Source: Octopus vulgaris (Eukaryota). From it: a stretch of 64,000 bases of DNA. Shown piece after piece: positions 1 to 14,224 of the stretch (position 1 is the first letter of the stretch; every line of letters begins with the position of its first letter). Where the stretch lies: positions 58,032,001 to 58,096,000 of the forward strand of contig OX597827.1 in the NCBI GenBank assembly GCA_951406725.2, given 5' to 3'. Under the pieces are notes generated by a model that made no database searches, had not been told where the DNA came from, and worked only from the letters and a program-made list of their open reading frames with translations. Both the position numbers and the translations under genes were made by a program.

Positions 1-686
1 ACCACAAGTATGAAAGAACACTGGTGAAATAACCTTGTAAAGTCTTCCATAAAATGCTTGTGTAACAGAACAGACATAACAATCTGGGACAGAGGAAAGT
101 AACAATGCACAGATGTTGAAATCAATTGCCCAGCAGATATCAACATAATGTTTAAAGATCAATGGAAAGCGAAAATATCAATGCCATGCTCATGTGAAAT
201 TTGTAGTTACTTCTATAATTTTAGATTTCTGGTAATAATTATTAGGATATTTGGTTATGTGGCTGATTGTATCACTACTTATCGAGAGAAGCTGGGTTTT
301 ACAAAACCAGAAAGAACATACCTTATCAGAAGGTTACAGAAACGAGCTATCAAAGGAACAGTCAAAATGTATAAAACATCTAAGAAGTTCACCATGTAAT
401 AAGATCCGCGTATACAATGACATTCACATTGCATCCATGTGCATGCATATAAGCATGTACACATACAAAACTACCCTGCTAATGTCTAAATTACCATTAG
501 AATAGTCTTTGTAAGTTAGAAAGTGACTCTCCACTAGTGAGAAATCTGAAAAACCAGGAAATTTCATACATATATACTGTACATAGATGAAGGCATGAAG
601 TTCAAAACAGCACACACTGGTACCTTACATTTAGTTGTTTGAATTTCACATTCTCAACCATTAGGCTGGATACAAAGTGGTAAGAT

Positions 687-981
687 CAGTGCTTCTCAAA
701 CTATCTGATGTGGCATAGCAGCAGTTTTTTTTTTCCATTGTGCCAGAGACCAGTAATATTAATTTATACCGGAAACAATATATATATATAATGAATATAA
801 TAAAAGTTGACAAATTTTTTTTATCTTATATTTTATTTTGTAAACAAATAATACAATATTACATAAGCATTTGATAAACATTTTATAATGTTTCTTTCTT
901 TTCTGGAAACTCACTGCATACCGGCAGCTGATCGCTTGCGGACCAGTACTGGCCCGCAGACCACCACTTTGAGTAGCACTA
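687..981. mobile_element. hAT/Charlie-like non-autonomous element
   Basis: Termini CAGTGCTTCTCAAA ... TTTGAGTAGCACTA form an imperfect TIR. The TSD is degraded. Confidence 0.6.
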
Positions 982-2171
982 GTATAGACGATCTATTCAG
1001 AATATCTAGACAAATGTATAGGAAACCCAAGTGCACAAAGTTAGTAGTTAGAAGAAAAAGTAACAGAAAATTAAGGTTTTTCTTGTAATCATTGGAAAGT
1101 GGGTAGAGGGGTACTTATTGATGCTTATTTCCAATAAATACTTATTATACACATATTTACACACACAAACTGCTCAGGTACATACAAGCATAATTATAGT
1201 ATGCCTCAGGTTTTAACCTAATTTTGATTTTTTACTTTTAAACATGCTAATGATTTTATGAATTTCATAATCTTTATATTGATACTTTATACCAGAAGTA
1301 ATTTCATATTGCATAATTCTGACACACATGACAAAAAAGTCCTTATTTGACAATCATATATGTATTTACTCTTATATAACTTCATGACTACATAGTCATA
1401 ACATCTTTGAACCCTCTATAACACTCGCTGTTATAAAATTTCACAGAAATGCGTATAACTGAAGTGAAAATGGGCACTTGAACTCACAATTTTCCGCCTT
1501 ACAATTTATCACCAACTCTCAGTATAATTCCAAAGGTCAACCAGCACATAGGCGTCAATAAAAACCTTTCTACCCACTCTCTGATGACTACTAAAAAAAT
1601 AAATGATTTTCTTTCTCTGCCTCTACCTACTATCACCACACAGATTTCTCACACTTGTCTATATATTCCAAACAAAGGAATCACCTATATATCACCCTTC
1701 AGATCAAGTCTTATGATCAAAAACAAGAAATTTGAATAACCAGATATAGATATAAGGCGCAAGCTGTCATAATGACACAACATACACACACAAACACTTT
1801 TCACTCACTGTCTTTCACACATAGAAGATTTATCTTACTTCAGTGTATCTTAGTAATTGAAATAACACTGGGCAACCAGTACCAAAAGTAGCAGTCATAT
1901 ATTATCTCACTGAATGACAATATTTTAGTACAATGTCTTGTATTCATATTTCTGTATATATGTTTGATGTATTTATGCATGTGTCTGTTTGTATTTACAT
2001 CTATATGCTAGTGTGTGTGCAAGTGTGTGTGTATCCATACATAGTTGTTTATGTATGTATGAATATATGTTTTTTTTTAGTTTAATAAGATGTTCTCAAC
2101 CACTTATGAAATTGAATGTGATATCAGTGAATATTGGAAAGACAAACTAGTACATACTACTTTAATATATA

Positions 2172-2404
2172 CAGGGTTGGCCAAAAGTCACCCGACAGTA
2201 AACCAGAATTCCATAAATACTATCTGTAATTCTGTATTGACTTGAATGGAAAAATGTATTGCTCAAGAAGGACTTCAGTTTGAACAATTTTCATGATGTT
2301 TCATATTTAGATGCTTTTATTAAATTCATTCATTTGTTAAACATAAATAAATCTTGGAATTAAATGGTTTTGATTTACTGTGAGGTGACTTTTGGCCAAA
2401 CATG
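2172..2404. mobile_element. Tc1/mariner-type MITE
   Basis: ~33-bp TIR (CAGGGTTGGCCAAAAGTCACCCGACAGTAAA / TTTACTGTGAGGTGACTTTTGGCCAAACATG) with TA on both flanks. Confidence 0.85.
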
Positions 2405-3643
2405 TATAATACATAGATATATATATATACAAATATGCACAGACAAATATAACATCCTTTGTATAGGGATAATTGATGTTATCAACATAAGGTTGCTTAA
2501 CATGCCAGAAACAACAGCTAAATCACTTTCTAATCAAAAGTCAACATCTTAATTACTAAGGACCCATTGAACAATCATTGCCAGAAGGATTCTGAACTAA
2601 CAGGACTGAATCAAGGCTAACCCAAGGGCAAAGAACAACAGAAGCAAGTATAAGACGTGATGGTGGGATATTACTTACTGAGAAGTGGTGGTGAGATATA
2701 GTTCAATTAAGAGAATGTAAAATGTTCACTAATACCTGTTGTCTAGGAAGAATCTAGTTTATCTTCATGTTTGCAAATGAAAAGGTGAGCTGTGATGGCA
2801 AATTAAAATGTTTAACTTTGGGTTTAGAGATTGCTTGGGTGTTATTATGAAATCCAAAACAGTGTGTGTAAAAATGGTCACCTAAAACATTGCCCAGTTT
2901 CACTCACATATCAGGACTTACAAAGTTTACATTTAATATAATATACTAAGTTGCTGAAGTGCAATCAAAAGGATCGATGACATGCAGAAAGGGAGCCTTT
3001 AAAAGTAACAGACTAAGTCTTACATGAAGGACAGTTTCTAATTAAGATAAATGCAAGTTTTTGTCTCTTTTGAAAGAGAGGAGAGGATTAGGAAAGATAG
3101 CAGTTAAATGGTGAAATGAAATGAAAGCTGCACTAAATAGGTTGTGAAAAAGGAAAAGTAGATAAGTGAACACTCATAGAAATGGGAATCGTGTTCAGTG
3201 TGAAAGTGCAGAGGTTCTATCAATAACATGTGAAAATGACTACTAAAGTATGAAATATTAGGATTAATTTTTGCTATCATATGTTACTAGTTTCCTTGGA
3301 GTTTATTGTTTTATTAAAACAAGACAGGATAATTTGATAATAAAAGTTGAGATGTTTTATAATCATGCAAAGCTATCCAACCTAGATTTGAATGGAGAAA
3401 TCGAATATAAAAATATGAAATTTATAGTATTTTATATATATTACAAAGAGGTAAATGAAGCTGAACATGCAGAGAGAGTGTATAAGAATATTTATTTATA
3501 TAAATATTAATGCATTTAACCAGTTTCACATTTGTACGATTTTCAAAAGTGTCAGTTTTGAGGGATGCAGAGCTGTGTCATAGGTTTAAGGGTATAATCA
3601 ATTTATCCCGTCAAAATGACATAAAAGCTTAAAATCATTCACA

Positions 3644-3844
3644 TACCATATATTTGACAGAATATAAAACGCACTTTTTTCCTTAAAAAGATGTCTTAAT
3701 AAATCACTCCAGGTCCGATATGCAAGATTGCTCTGAAATATTACATGCTTTAATGCACTAAAAATTCTTTTTCCTGAATATGTGCTGCAGAAATTAGGGT
3801 GCATCTAATATGCCTGCACATTTTTTATGCCATCAAATACAGTA
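3644..3844. mobile_element. Degenerate Tc1/pogo-like MITE
   Basis: The left end TACCATATATTTGACAGAATATAAAACGCA resembles the reverse complement of the right end (TACTGTATTTGATGGCATAAAAAATGTGCA). Confidence 0.5.
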
Positions 3845-4101
3845 TATGAAATCGATCATTCTTGAATGAGAAATATTAAGAGAAGAAAACAGTATCAAAA
3901 TATGTTTTTAAAAAATCCTTAATTTTGGTATTCCTGATTTTTGTGACTGATAAGGTTCTAATACAGTCAAAGAAAGGGCTAAAGATTGATTTCAAAACAT
4001 TTTTACTAGAATATAAATTAACTGAAAGACTAGTAATATGACAATCATAACAGTAATGAAAACAGTAAATCAAATAATGATTTTCTATTCAGCTGGAAAT
4101 A

Positions 4102-4312
4102 TCAGCGATGGTGGGTGGACAAACACAGACACACAAACATATACACACACATACATACACGACGGGCTTCTTTCAGTTTCCATGTACCAAATCCACTCAC
4201 AAGGCTTTAGTGGGCCCAAAGCTACAGAAGAAGACACTTGCCCAAGGTGCCACGCAATAGGACTGAACCCGGAACCATGTGGCTGGTAAGCAAGCTACTT
4301 ACCACACAGACT
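4102..4312 (-). mobile_element. tRNA-derived SINE family A (partial)
   Basis: Reverse complement of the family head: GTGTGGTAAG...GGTTCAGTCC...GGCACCTTGGGCAAGTG. Confidence 0.85.
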
Positions 4313-4619
4313 GTGTCTATATATTTGGGTTTTTTTTTTTAATTAAAAACAAATCTTTAAAATATTAAACTGTGCAACAACAAAAAGTTCTTGCAAACAA
4401 AATACACTAGTGTATATAACATTTCTACTCAGAACTGAATGTTTTCTTTTCAAGCGATAGCAAACATACCCACAAAATTAAAACATTCTATAATACTTAT
4501 TTTCCCCCGCCACATCTTTTATTTTTCAGTTTAAAACTAAGTAGTGTACACCATTAGAATGAGAATACATGAAGCATATTTAGATAAAGTGGACTTCAAA
4601 GCACCTAGGCAATGTTTAA

Positions 4620-4838
4620 CTCTTTTGACACCAACCCACCCAAGACAGCTCCCTAGTTCAATGATACAAATTTTTTGTTTTAAAGAGATACAAGTTAAAA
4701 AGCTTTCATCGAAATTTTATATTTACTTATGTGCCAAACTCCATGCTTGATAAAGTTATTTTACTAAATTCTTGATTATTTTCATAATTAATTTGAATCA
4801 AGTCAGTGTATTTCAACAGAAATCTGGTAACAAAAGGG
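4620..4838. mobile_element. piggyBac-like MITE (TTAA TSD)
   Basis: TTAA|CTCTTTTGACACC ... GGTAACAAAAGGG|TTAA. Relatives lie at 15451-15642, 52852-53041 and 56942-57153. Confidence 0.75.
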
Positions 4839-5487
4839 TTAAATATTCATTTATAAATATTATTGTGATGCAATATGCCTTTATTCCCAAGGTTACCTAT
4901 AGGATGATTCTCACCTTCAATTACAGCTCCTTAACTTTTCACTAAACTCCTCTCCATCACAAATAAACAAGGAAACCCTGACAGATGAAACAATGTAATA
5001 AAAAAAAGACATTTTTTTAGTCTTATTTGCTATTCATTAAAAATGTAGATAATTGTTCCTTCTTTTAAGCATGTGTCATATGACTTTATTTTGTTAACTT
5101 CAGTGATGACTAAATTTTTAAAAAGTATAAATAATAATAATAAAATGACACTGCTATTCTGCCAGGTAAGTATGTTTTACTTTTTCTTATTACCGCTAAC
5201 ACACCTTTTATGACACTACCACCAAGCTACACTCAGCTGATGTATCTTTTCTTTCCCTTTCTCCCTACTTTTCGTCTATTTATTCCACCCATTTCTTCTT
5301 GCTTCTTCACATAAAGCTTTTACTGCATTTCTCAACCAGCTCCCACCTTAATCTTTTCCTTTCTTTTTTGCTCGTTTGTTTATTTTATTTATTTATTTAT
5401 TTATTGTTAGGAATGTAGCTTAAAATCAAGGCAAGCTACATTTCTACCAGAGTAGCAACACCAAAATAAGCAAATACAAGTATAGAC

Positions 5488-5650
5488 ACAGGCATGGCTG
5501 GGAGATGAAGAAGCTTGCTTTGCAACCACATGATTTTAGGTTCAGTTCCACTACATGGCACCTTGGGCAATTAATTGTCTTCTGCTCTAGCCCCAAGCTG
5601 AAGAATGCCTTGTGAGAATTTGATAGATGGAAAATGTGTATGAAAGCCAT
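5488..5650 (+). mobile_element. SINE family A 5' fragment
   Basis: CAGGCATGGCTG...GGTTCAGTTCCACTACATGGCACCTTGGGCAA. Confidence 0.8.
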
Positions 5651-6286
5651 ACTGACACCCTAACCACTAAGCCATGCGCATCCACTATATATATATATAC
5701 ATATATATAATGGCTTTAAAATAACATAGTAGGGTAGGTGCTAGAGGCCAGATCTGGTTGATTTGAACATAAACAAGTAGAATATTTGGGCTGGATTTGA
5801 CCACTTTAAATACTAAAGGGTTAAAATGGAGAGAGAGAGAGAGACATCACACCCAGAATAATGTAGTCCTGAACACAGTATGCCCAAAAAACAAGATGAC
5901 ATGGACTTGAATAATTTTGTTCATAGGTCTGCTCAATCAGAGCTGATAAGGGGCTAAACAAAAAAATTACTTGTTGGCATTTAAGAAAAATAAAAATAAA
6001 AAATAATTGAACACTTTATGAAAATATTCATGTAACCATCCAATCCACATGGCATAGAAGCGAATGTAATGTCTAGGATTTAATTCAGGGCGAAAGCAAA
6101 TCTAAAGTACATAATACACGGTAGCTGAAGAGTACTGTTAACATATGAAACTTTAAGCCTTGACAGACAGTCAAAATTGCTGCCTACACAAAATCACACA
6201 ATCTTACATATATTGTATTGCATTTTTAAATACAGGTACAAAACAAAAAACTAAGTATAAGCATCACATCACGCAACCCCTCAGAT

Positions 6287-6512
6287 CAGTGGTTCTCAAC
6301 TGGAGTTCATATAAAATTTTGTTGTTAAAATTTATGTGCAATGAACTGGATATGCTTGTACAATGCACAAAATATCAACAATTTTTTTTATACAATTCCT
6401 AATGTGTAATTATAAAAAATAGGATTTTTTAAACATCAAATGGTTTTGAAGGTCCACCCCAGTAACATAAGAATCAAAGGGGCCCACACATAAGAAATAT
6501 TGCGAACAACTG
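6287..6512. mobile_element. hAT/Charlie-like non-autonomous element
   Basis: Termini CAGTGGTTCTCAA ... TTGCGAACAACTG. Confidence 0.55.
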
Positions 6513-7197
6513 ATTTACATGGGTGAACTAACAAAGGGAACCTCCAGGCAGTCATAGAAAATATTTCATTACAAGTAATAAAAATAAAAAGAAAACAAAC
6601 ATGTTTCTGATATAGTATAATATGAAATGAATGTGGATCAAATACAGTTTGAGATCAAATTCACTATAGGTATTTTGCTGAGTATTTCGATAATATACCA
6701 AATTTTATGAGCTTGAGTTCACCTTGTGGCTTCTAGCAGGTTCTGAGTGTTCTGAAACTATTACCTCTGACAATGGCTTATCTCAATAGCTTAGAACCAT
6801 AAAATGCAAACTTAGCACTAGCTCTTTTAGCATGCTGACTACCCTGTCAAAGGTAATGAATATCCATATTGTTTTGAATTAAATTGTGTATTATTTCATA
6901 GCTTCAAAATTTCATTGATGTGATTGCTTATTTTTAGAATGACATTGTTAGGTAGATGTAAGAGATCAGAACTGGTTGGTTTGAACACAAAACAGGTACA
7001 ATATTTTGGCTGGATTTAAATGCTAAAGGGTTAACCTTTTTGGAAATTCAAACCATGAAGTCAAATTGGCCAAGTGTTGGATGATAAGCAGAAATAGTCA
7101 ATAGTTTATACTTCATTTATTACTGTCTCTATGACAAAGACAGCTTTTTCTGGTTCTCTCCACTTAATCATAGATAAATACTATATGCATGTACATG

Positions 7198-7320
7198 TGC
7201 AGGCGTGGCTGCGTGTTAAGAAGCTTGCTTACCAACCACGTGGTTCTGGATTCAGTCTCATTGCATGACACATTAAGCAAGTGAGTAAATTTGATAGATA
7301 GAAACTGAAAGAAGTCTATC

Positions 7321-7354
<34 letters not shown>

Positions 7355-7475
7355 ATACATATACACATGTGTGTGTGTGTATACATATACACATGTATGT
7401 GTGTGTATTTATGTGTCTTTGTCCCCACCATCAGTGTTTGACAACCAGTGTTGGTGTGTTTATATCCCTGTAACT
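7198..7475 (+). mobile_element. SINE family A (internally deleted)
   Basis: GCAGGCGTGGCTGCGTG head, internal TA/TG microsatellite, TTGACAACCAGTGTTGGTGTGTTTA body. Confidence 0.8.
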
Positions 7476-7882
7476 TGGTTGGCTGATTTTGGGTTCAGCT
7501 CTACCTAGTGGTTAACTTGCACAAATTGACCCAAAAACCTTGAGTAAAATTTTGTGTGAAAGTCAGTCAGGAACTGTCATGCAATGTATATAATCCATCA
7601 CCTGGTTTATTAAACACTTGACTCCTGGGTGCCTTCCAAGATACCTACGCTGTTATAAGCATTTAGGCCAAGTCTCAGGTCTTGAAAACTCAAGACATGG
7701 ATCATGGGCACCACCCTCATTTCCTCCATCACTAAAAGTTACTGAAACAAGTCTTATAAATGATAAGTATCATTTAGAGTAAGATTACTTATCCAGTATG
7801 TGTGGGGTAAATAGGCTTGCTTTAAAACCAATCTCAACTTTTTGCGCGATATCAGATTTTGACTATGTTGTTGCTGAAGTGT

Positions 7883-8047
7883 GGCACAAGGGCAGGCATG
7901 ACTGTGTGGTAAGAATCTTGCTTCACAACCACATGGTTCCAGATTCAGTCCCACTGCATGACACCTTGGGCAAGTGTCTTTTACTATAGCCTCGGGCCAA
8001 CCCAATCGTTGTGACTGGATTTGACAGACAGAAACTGAAAGATGCAA

Positions 8048-8089
<42 letters not shown>

Positions 8090-8330
8090 TACATACAAGT
8101 GTGTGTCCTTGTGTTGGTGTTTATCTCCCAGCACCGCTTGACAACCGGTGTCGGTATGTTTACATCTCTGTAAGCTAGTGGTTCAGTATAAGAGACTGAT
8201 AGAATAAGTAGCAGGCTTAAAAAAAAAAAGAAAGAAGTACCGGAATGAATTCATTCAACTAAAAGTTCTTTCAAGGCAGTGCCCTAGCATGGCCACAGTC
8301 TAATGATTGAAACAAGTAAAACAAAAAAAG
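7883..8330 (+). mobile_element. SINE family A, near full length
   Basis: tRNA-like A/B box head, CORE-like ACCTTGGGCAAGT, internal microsatellite, 3' end GCATGGCCACAGTCTAATGATTGAAACAAGTAAA. Confidence 0.9.
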
Positions 8331-9068
8331 ATATTTACTGTAATTAGAATGAGCTTTCAATGAAGAGGATTGATCAGCCCAGTAAGAGAAGCTTTAAAAC
8401 TATTTTTAAAATGTAATAAACTATAGCCGATATGAAGTAATTAGGAAGTGGCAAATTACTTAACTGCAAAATGATTAAAGTCCTAAGAAATTAAGACCAT
8501 ATATTATTAAGAGTTTTCCATTTCAGATCACTATTGATGAAAGCAAACAAAACTGTTAGAACCAATTTACTGACACATAATACCGCTAAGCATGTTTAGT
8601 CGCTTTACTTTGTGGAAAGTAGATTATGGGACTAGAATTGATTGGGCCAATGCATATGAGTAACTAGGTCACATGGCAACAGCCTTACAGTTAAGAACGG
8701 TATCCAGATTGAGCAACCTTTTAAAATATTCAACAGATTTTTTTTGTTTTTGTTTTTTTCCTTGTTAAACAGGAGAGAAGAAGGGTAGTGTGTGTTTGTA
8801 CAAAAAGCTCAAAATATTCTTGAAAACAGGTCAACAAGCAGCAGAAGTAAAACTGTAAACAATAAAGAAATAAAAAAATTTTAAACAGAGATGAGTCATC
8901 GCTGGAAAGATCTCACTCCAAAATAAACTTTATGAAGCGTTATTAAAAAATGGGTCATTTTATATTTTGATGTACATGGTTACGTCATACACATTCTTAA
9001 ACATACTATCCCAGTCTGGAATAAATGAATAAATTAAATAGATCAACAAATTCGATTGTTCACAATAA

Positions 9069-9099
9069 TATATACACACACACACACACACATATATAC

Positions 9100-9152
<53 letters not shown>

Positions 9153-9357
9153 TCATCATCATCGTTTAACGTCCGCTTTCCATGCTAGCATGATATATAC
9201 ACACACATACACACACACATATATACATATACACACATACATACATATACACACATACATACACACACTTACATACATATACACACACATACATACACAC
9301 ACATACATATATATATACACACACACACATATATACATACACACACACACACATATA

Positions 9358-9392
<35 letters not shown>
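9069..9392. repeat. Compound (TA)/(CA)/(CAT) microsatellite with an RTE-type tail fragment
   Basis: Seen directly. The embedded CATCATCGTTTAACGTCCGCTTTCCATGCTAGCATG recurs at about 42030, 50250 (reverse) and 57280. Confidence 0.9.
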
Positions 9393-9395
<3 letters not shown>

Positions 9396-10504
9396 ATAAG
9401 AGTAGATCGTATATGAGTGGGTATATATTTGTAAAAAAGAAGTTTGAAAACGCCACTATATTAGATAAATTTTAATTTTACATGTTTATATATATATATA
9501 TACACACACACATACATACATACAAACATACATACAGTGAACAGCAAGTCCATTTAAATTGTATTAAATACTTAAGTTAAAGGTTCCACAACAATGCTAT
9601 AATATCATTGGTCACACATTTTACTCGAATAAATTTTAGAAAAGATGCCTCACCAAACACATCATTCTGATCATGATGTCATAATGCTATATATCTGAAC
9701 AGCCTTCTCTAGCTATAAATAAATGTTGCCAGTCTCATTTGATTTGTATGTATCAATTCAAAGTGAGGATAATGTTTCACATGTAAGGCTGTGTCCAAAG
9801 GTAAGGTAGACTTGCAATTGCGGTTGGAAATTCTCAAATACTTATATAAGGAGACTGTAGGATTGCTATTCATTTAAATGGAAAAAAAATTCTCTAAGGA
9901 ATGTATGAATAGGAAAAACAATACTTTTTTTTAAACTAGATATTAAGCTTAGAGGGGAAGGGTGTGCTTTGATATTCAAGCATTTTATAAGGGTATCAGG
10001 AATGTAATTGAAGTGAAATTGATTTAAAGAACCCAAATCTAATTAAGGTATTAGTTTGACAAGAGCTTAACCTTATACTCTATAGTATGCATCATAATAA
10101 AAAAAAGAAATTTTAATGAAGGTAGTATGATTAAGTAATCAAAGATAATAGCTTTTGTTGAAGGTAATATACAAGATTATTATTTTGTTTTGGAAAAGTA
10201 GTGTATGCCAATAATTAAGTGCATGCATCGATTGTTATTACTTGCTTTATTTTCACATTATTTGGCTATATGTATCAAAGTTCTTTGTCACATCTTGTGA
10301 TTTGTTCTCTGATCTAAGCTGAATGTGTTCAATTTTCAAGCAATCGATTCTTATTTGTTGAGTTTATTCATTTACTCTCTAATTATATTGCTGTTAGCTT
10401 TGCACTGACAACAAGGTAGATGGAATTGAATATTCTGTACATCAGAGTTGATAAATAGTATGGTCATAAATGTTGGGTAATGACTGAAAAAACATGATCA
10501 CAAA

Positions 10505-10810
10505 TACAAGAAGGATCTCTGGTGTAATATCACTTAACAGGGAGTCTCTCCAGATTGAGCCATTACAACTCTGTATTGAGAAGTCATGTGATTAGAAAGT
10601 CATAGATTAGAATTGTAAGATAGATTCTTCAAGCTGAGCCAACTGGCAGGATAGTTAAGGGTAAACCAAGAACTAAGTCTATGGATATTATCTTCAGTTG
10701 GTCATGCTTGGGAATCTAGCTGGAAAGTCTAAGGACACTTGTTTCTGATAGGACTATGGAGTTGCTGCTTGAAAACTCTACTCCTATGAACATTCTAGAA
10801 AGTGGGTGGA
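10505..10810 (+). mobile_element. Degenerate RTE LINE 3' fragment
   Basis: Nucleotide similarity to the reverse complement of 20210-20520 (GATTCTTCAAGC, TGGTCATxCTTGGGAATCTAGC). Confidence 0.65.
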
Positions 10811-11114
10811 GACATTGATAGATAAATAAAGAGAATGAAAAATAATGTTTATCTTTCTTTTAAAATGGTCACTTATGATATAGAACTAAGATTTATAATT
10901 CAATTCATTGTGCAGATGTTTCATTTTATGTATTTGGTTCACTGGGACCAAATTTCTTCCCATCAAATGGGTGGAGCTGTTCTCAGTAAAGGATCAACAA
11001 ATATAAACATTCTTGGGGTTAATGGCTTTGTATCTTGGTGTACTAATAATCTCAGTCCCATAAGATATTTATTATACATCTGATATACATATATCTGGGT
11101 ACCCACATAGTTTA

Positions 11115-11309
11115 CTTCTTTTCTTTTATCTTTCCCAGTCATTGGACTGCAGCCATGCTAGGGCATCATCTTGCAGGGTTTAAAGACTGGTACTTATTCT
11201 ATCAGACTCTTTTGCCAAATCCCTAAGTTATGGAGAAAAGTAAATAAACCAACGTTGGTTGTCAAGCAGTGGTAGAAGTAAACACAAACACACATACATG
11301 AATAAATAA

Positions 11310-11350
<41 letters not shown>

Positions 11351-11485
11351 TATACATACACACATATACACTTTCAGTTTCTGTCTACAAAATACACTGA
11401 CAAGATTTCAAGTCAGCCCCGGTCTAAAGTAGAAAATACTTGCTCATGGAGCCACACAGTGGAACTGAACCCAGAACCACATCTG
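11115..11485 (-). mobile_element. SINE family A
   Basis: Reverse-oriented body and head with an internal (TA)n. Confidence 0.8.
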
Positions 11486-13382
11486 TACCTATGTAGCCAC
11501 ACCAATATGGAAGCTCACATTATGACAATTTAAATTTGAAGTACATAAAAAAATATAATTTAATTTGAAGAAACAAGGAATTTGTTAACAAGAATTGGTT
11601 TTCATAGGATCTAGAAGCTAAACAAGATGAATACAGAGATCAAAAAGCAAAAAATATTTCTATAATGCAATAACTGCCATCAAAGCCAGTCGATCATTTA
11701 TTAAAGAGTCATGCAAATCTAGCTATATAATCTTAAGAGACCAAAATTCAATAGAATAGGCCCTAGATGATTATTGTCATCAGAGATGAATAGTGGAGTG
11801 CAGGGAAATGCAGTTGAACATATTTTGCACATTATCACACACAAAAATAAAGCTAAAAATGTTCCACATAATCACATCTAAAGAGATTTTAGGTTTTGCT
11901 GTATGATCAATCAAACCATCATAATCATCATCATCTAAGGTCCTCTTTTGAATGTACATATCAGGCCAAATTTGTTGAGGCAGGTTTTCTACAGTCAGAT
12001 GCCCTTTCTTTTGTCAAACATCGTGTGTTTCCAAGCAAGGTTAAATTTCCCCGTGGCCAGATGTGCTCTTCACAGAAGACAGGAAACAAATGACTTCACT
12101 TGTATGATGCTCATTTACTACAATTATGTGACACAAGGGTAGACACAAATACACACATAAATATACATGTATATATGACAGGCTTCTTTCAGTTTCTGTC
12201 TACGAAATCCACTCAGACTGCATTGGCTGACCTGGAGCTATAGAAGAAAATACTCACATAAGGCACTGCACAATGAAATTGAACCTAAGACCATATGATT
12301 GGGAACCCATAACTAAGCCTGCTAATCAACTAAACCTAAATGACTGACATAGTCAAAACCTTTCAGTAAATAAAATACTTTGCTCAATCCAAACTTTCCA
12401 TCATCACAACTAAGGCTTCATTAACTTCTTTTAAAACTGATGTATAGCTAACTTCAGAGTAATTGCAGCTCAAAGAATTTAAAGCAACTTACCAGAGCCT
12501 CATTTCTGTTTGGCTACAGGTTATATTTTACTTAATGCTATTTCAGTTAATAATGATAATGGTTTTTGCTTCATTTATGTACAAGTCATTATTATTGCTG
12601 TACCAGGTGAACTTTAGTAGTATGAATCATCATTTTCTATGAACAGGTCAATCTCAGATGTATTATGAGTAAACTTCCCTATATTATTACAGCAGAATGG
12701 CATAGCAATATATGTATAGCAGGATTAGAGAGTAATGAGCTTAGAATGTAGCCCTTTGACAGTCATGTGCTTATTTTAGGAAGAGGATTTATAACTGCCT
12801 ATTTTTAATTATGAAAAAAGAAAACCAAAATTGGATTCCTTTGCAGGTGAAATTATTTACTCGTGTTGACTGAGATATAGTCTGGAAAGTGCACAATTAC
12901 ATAATTACTGCTTATATCTAAGTATAGTTAGGCTTTCATCATTGTTTTAATGTTCACATTTCCATGCTTGCATGGGTTGGATGGAATCTGCTGAAGTGGA
13001 TTTTTTTATGGCCAAATACCCATCCTGTCACTAACCCTCACCTGCTTCCAATTATAATATTATTCCTTCCATGACCAGACACGTTTTCACAGAATATTGG
13101 AAACAAAGGACACTGCTTGCATGATGGTGACACTTGTTTACAACTATCACACAATGTTAATACACACAAACATACACATATATACAAATATGACAGGCTT
13201 TTTTGGGGGGTCTATCTACTAAATCTACTCACAAGGCTTTGGTTGGCCCAGGGCTAAAGTAGGAGGCACTTGTTCAACATGCCATACAGAGAGACTGAAC
13301 TCGACTTGTGGTTGGGAAGTAAACTTCTTACTGCACAGTCTTGCCTGCTTCATGATGAGTAACTAATAATGCAGGCTAGAGT

Positions 13383-13485
13383 GATCTTGGCCACCAGCTT
13401 GGCCTTGTTGTTGCAGGCAGAGCAGTTGGTATCTCTCAACCACACCTCACACATTATAATCTATGGGATTACAATCAGAGAAATT
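13383..13485 (-). mobile_element. maT transposase fragment
   Basis: Reverse complement resembles 14770-14860 (GATTGTAATCCCATAGATTA...GTGTGGTTGAGAGATACCAACTGCTCTGCCTGCAAC). Confidence 0.7.
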
Positions 13486-14224
13486 GCAAACTCCAAGAAG
13501 TCAATGATGGTAGCCCATTACTGATTTTATGTTAAAGTAGGAACTCTGATAATTTTATTTGATGGAATGTTAGAGCAATGACACGATACTTTTTACATGT
13601 TATGGAGGACATTTTAGGCACAAATAATAAAACAAAAATTTCACGTCATTTAAATGGGCAAAAAAAAAAAAAGTTTTGCTAGAATTTTTAATCAAAATCT
13701 TTTATGTCAAAATAATATAACAATAATTAATATAGACTGTACATATTAGAAATTTTTTTAGACAATTCTATCTGCTAGCTTTGTAATAATTACATTTATT
13801 TTGAGGGTTGCCATTCTTAAATAAGAGACTGAGTTACATTGCATAAACAAAATGTACTTGTTTAGTACATTCAAAACAGACAATTTAATTATAGGTACCA
13901 TACATCAGACAAAGGCAAACTAGGAAATAATGACACCAAAACACATGATATATGGATCAAAACAAATTTTAAAAAGAAAAGAAAAAAACAAAGTGAATTT
14001 CATGTTATGACATGAAATATAATGGCACAGATTTCATACCAAATTACCAAAAGTTTGCTAAGGAATGTTTATAATATTAAGGCTAGTGCAGATCAGCCAA
14101 CAACTAGACAGAACATAATATATTAAGGAATGCTCCAAGTATCTACTTCAGAGAAATATCCTAAATATTTCCCTGAAACTCAAAATATAGAATAAGTTAT
14201 ACAAAAATAGGTCAATTACATATA

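Noticed and set aside
279-464. Minus-strand ORF with an AG|GTATGT donor near 321
   Set aside because: No resemblance to REEP or any protein I recognise, and no clear acceptor.
620-686. Minus-strand TLYPA peptide resembling REEP exon 2
   Set aside because: It is followed immediately by TAA, lacks FG before and YxSYKAV after, and has no good acceptor. Probably a chance match.
7883-7960. tRNA genes
   Set aside because: The A/B-box-like sequences are SINE heads, and no full cloverleaf is evident.
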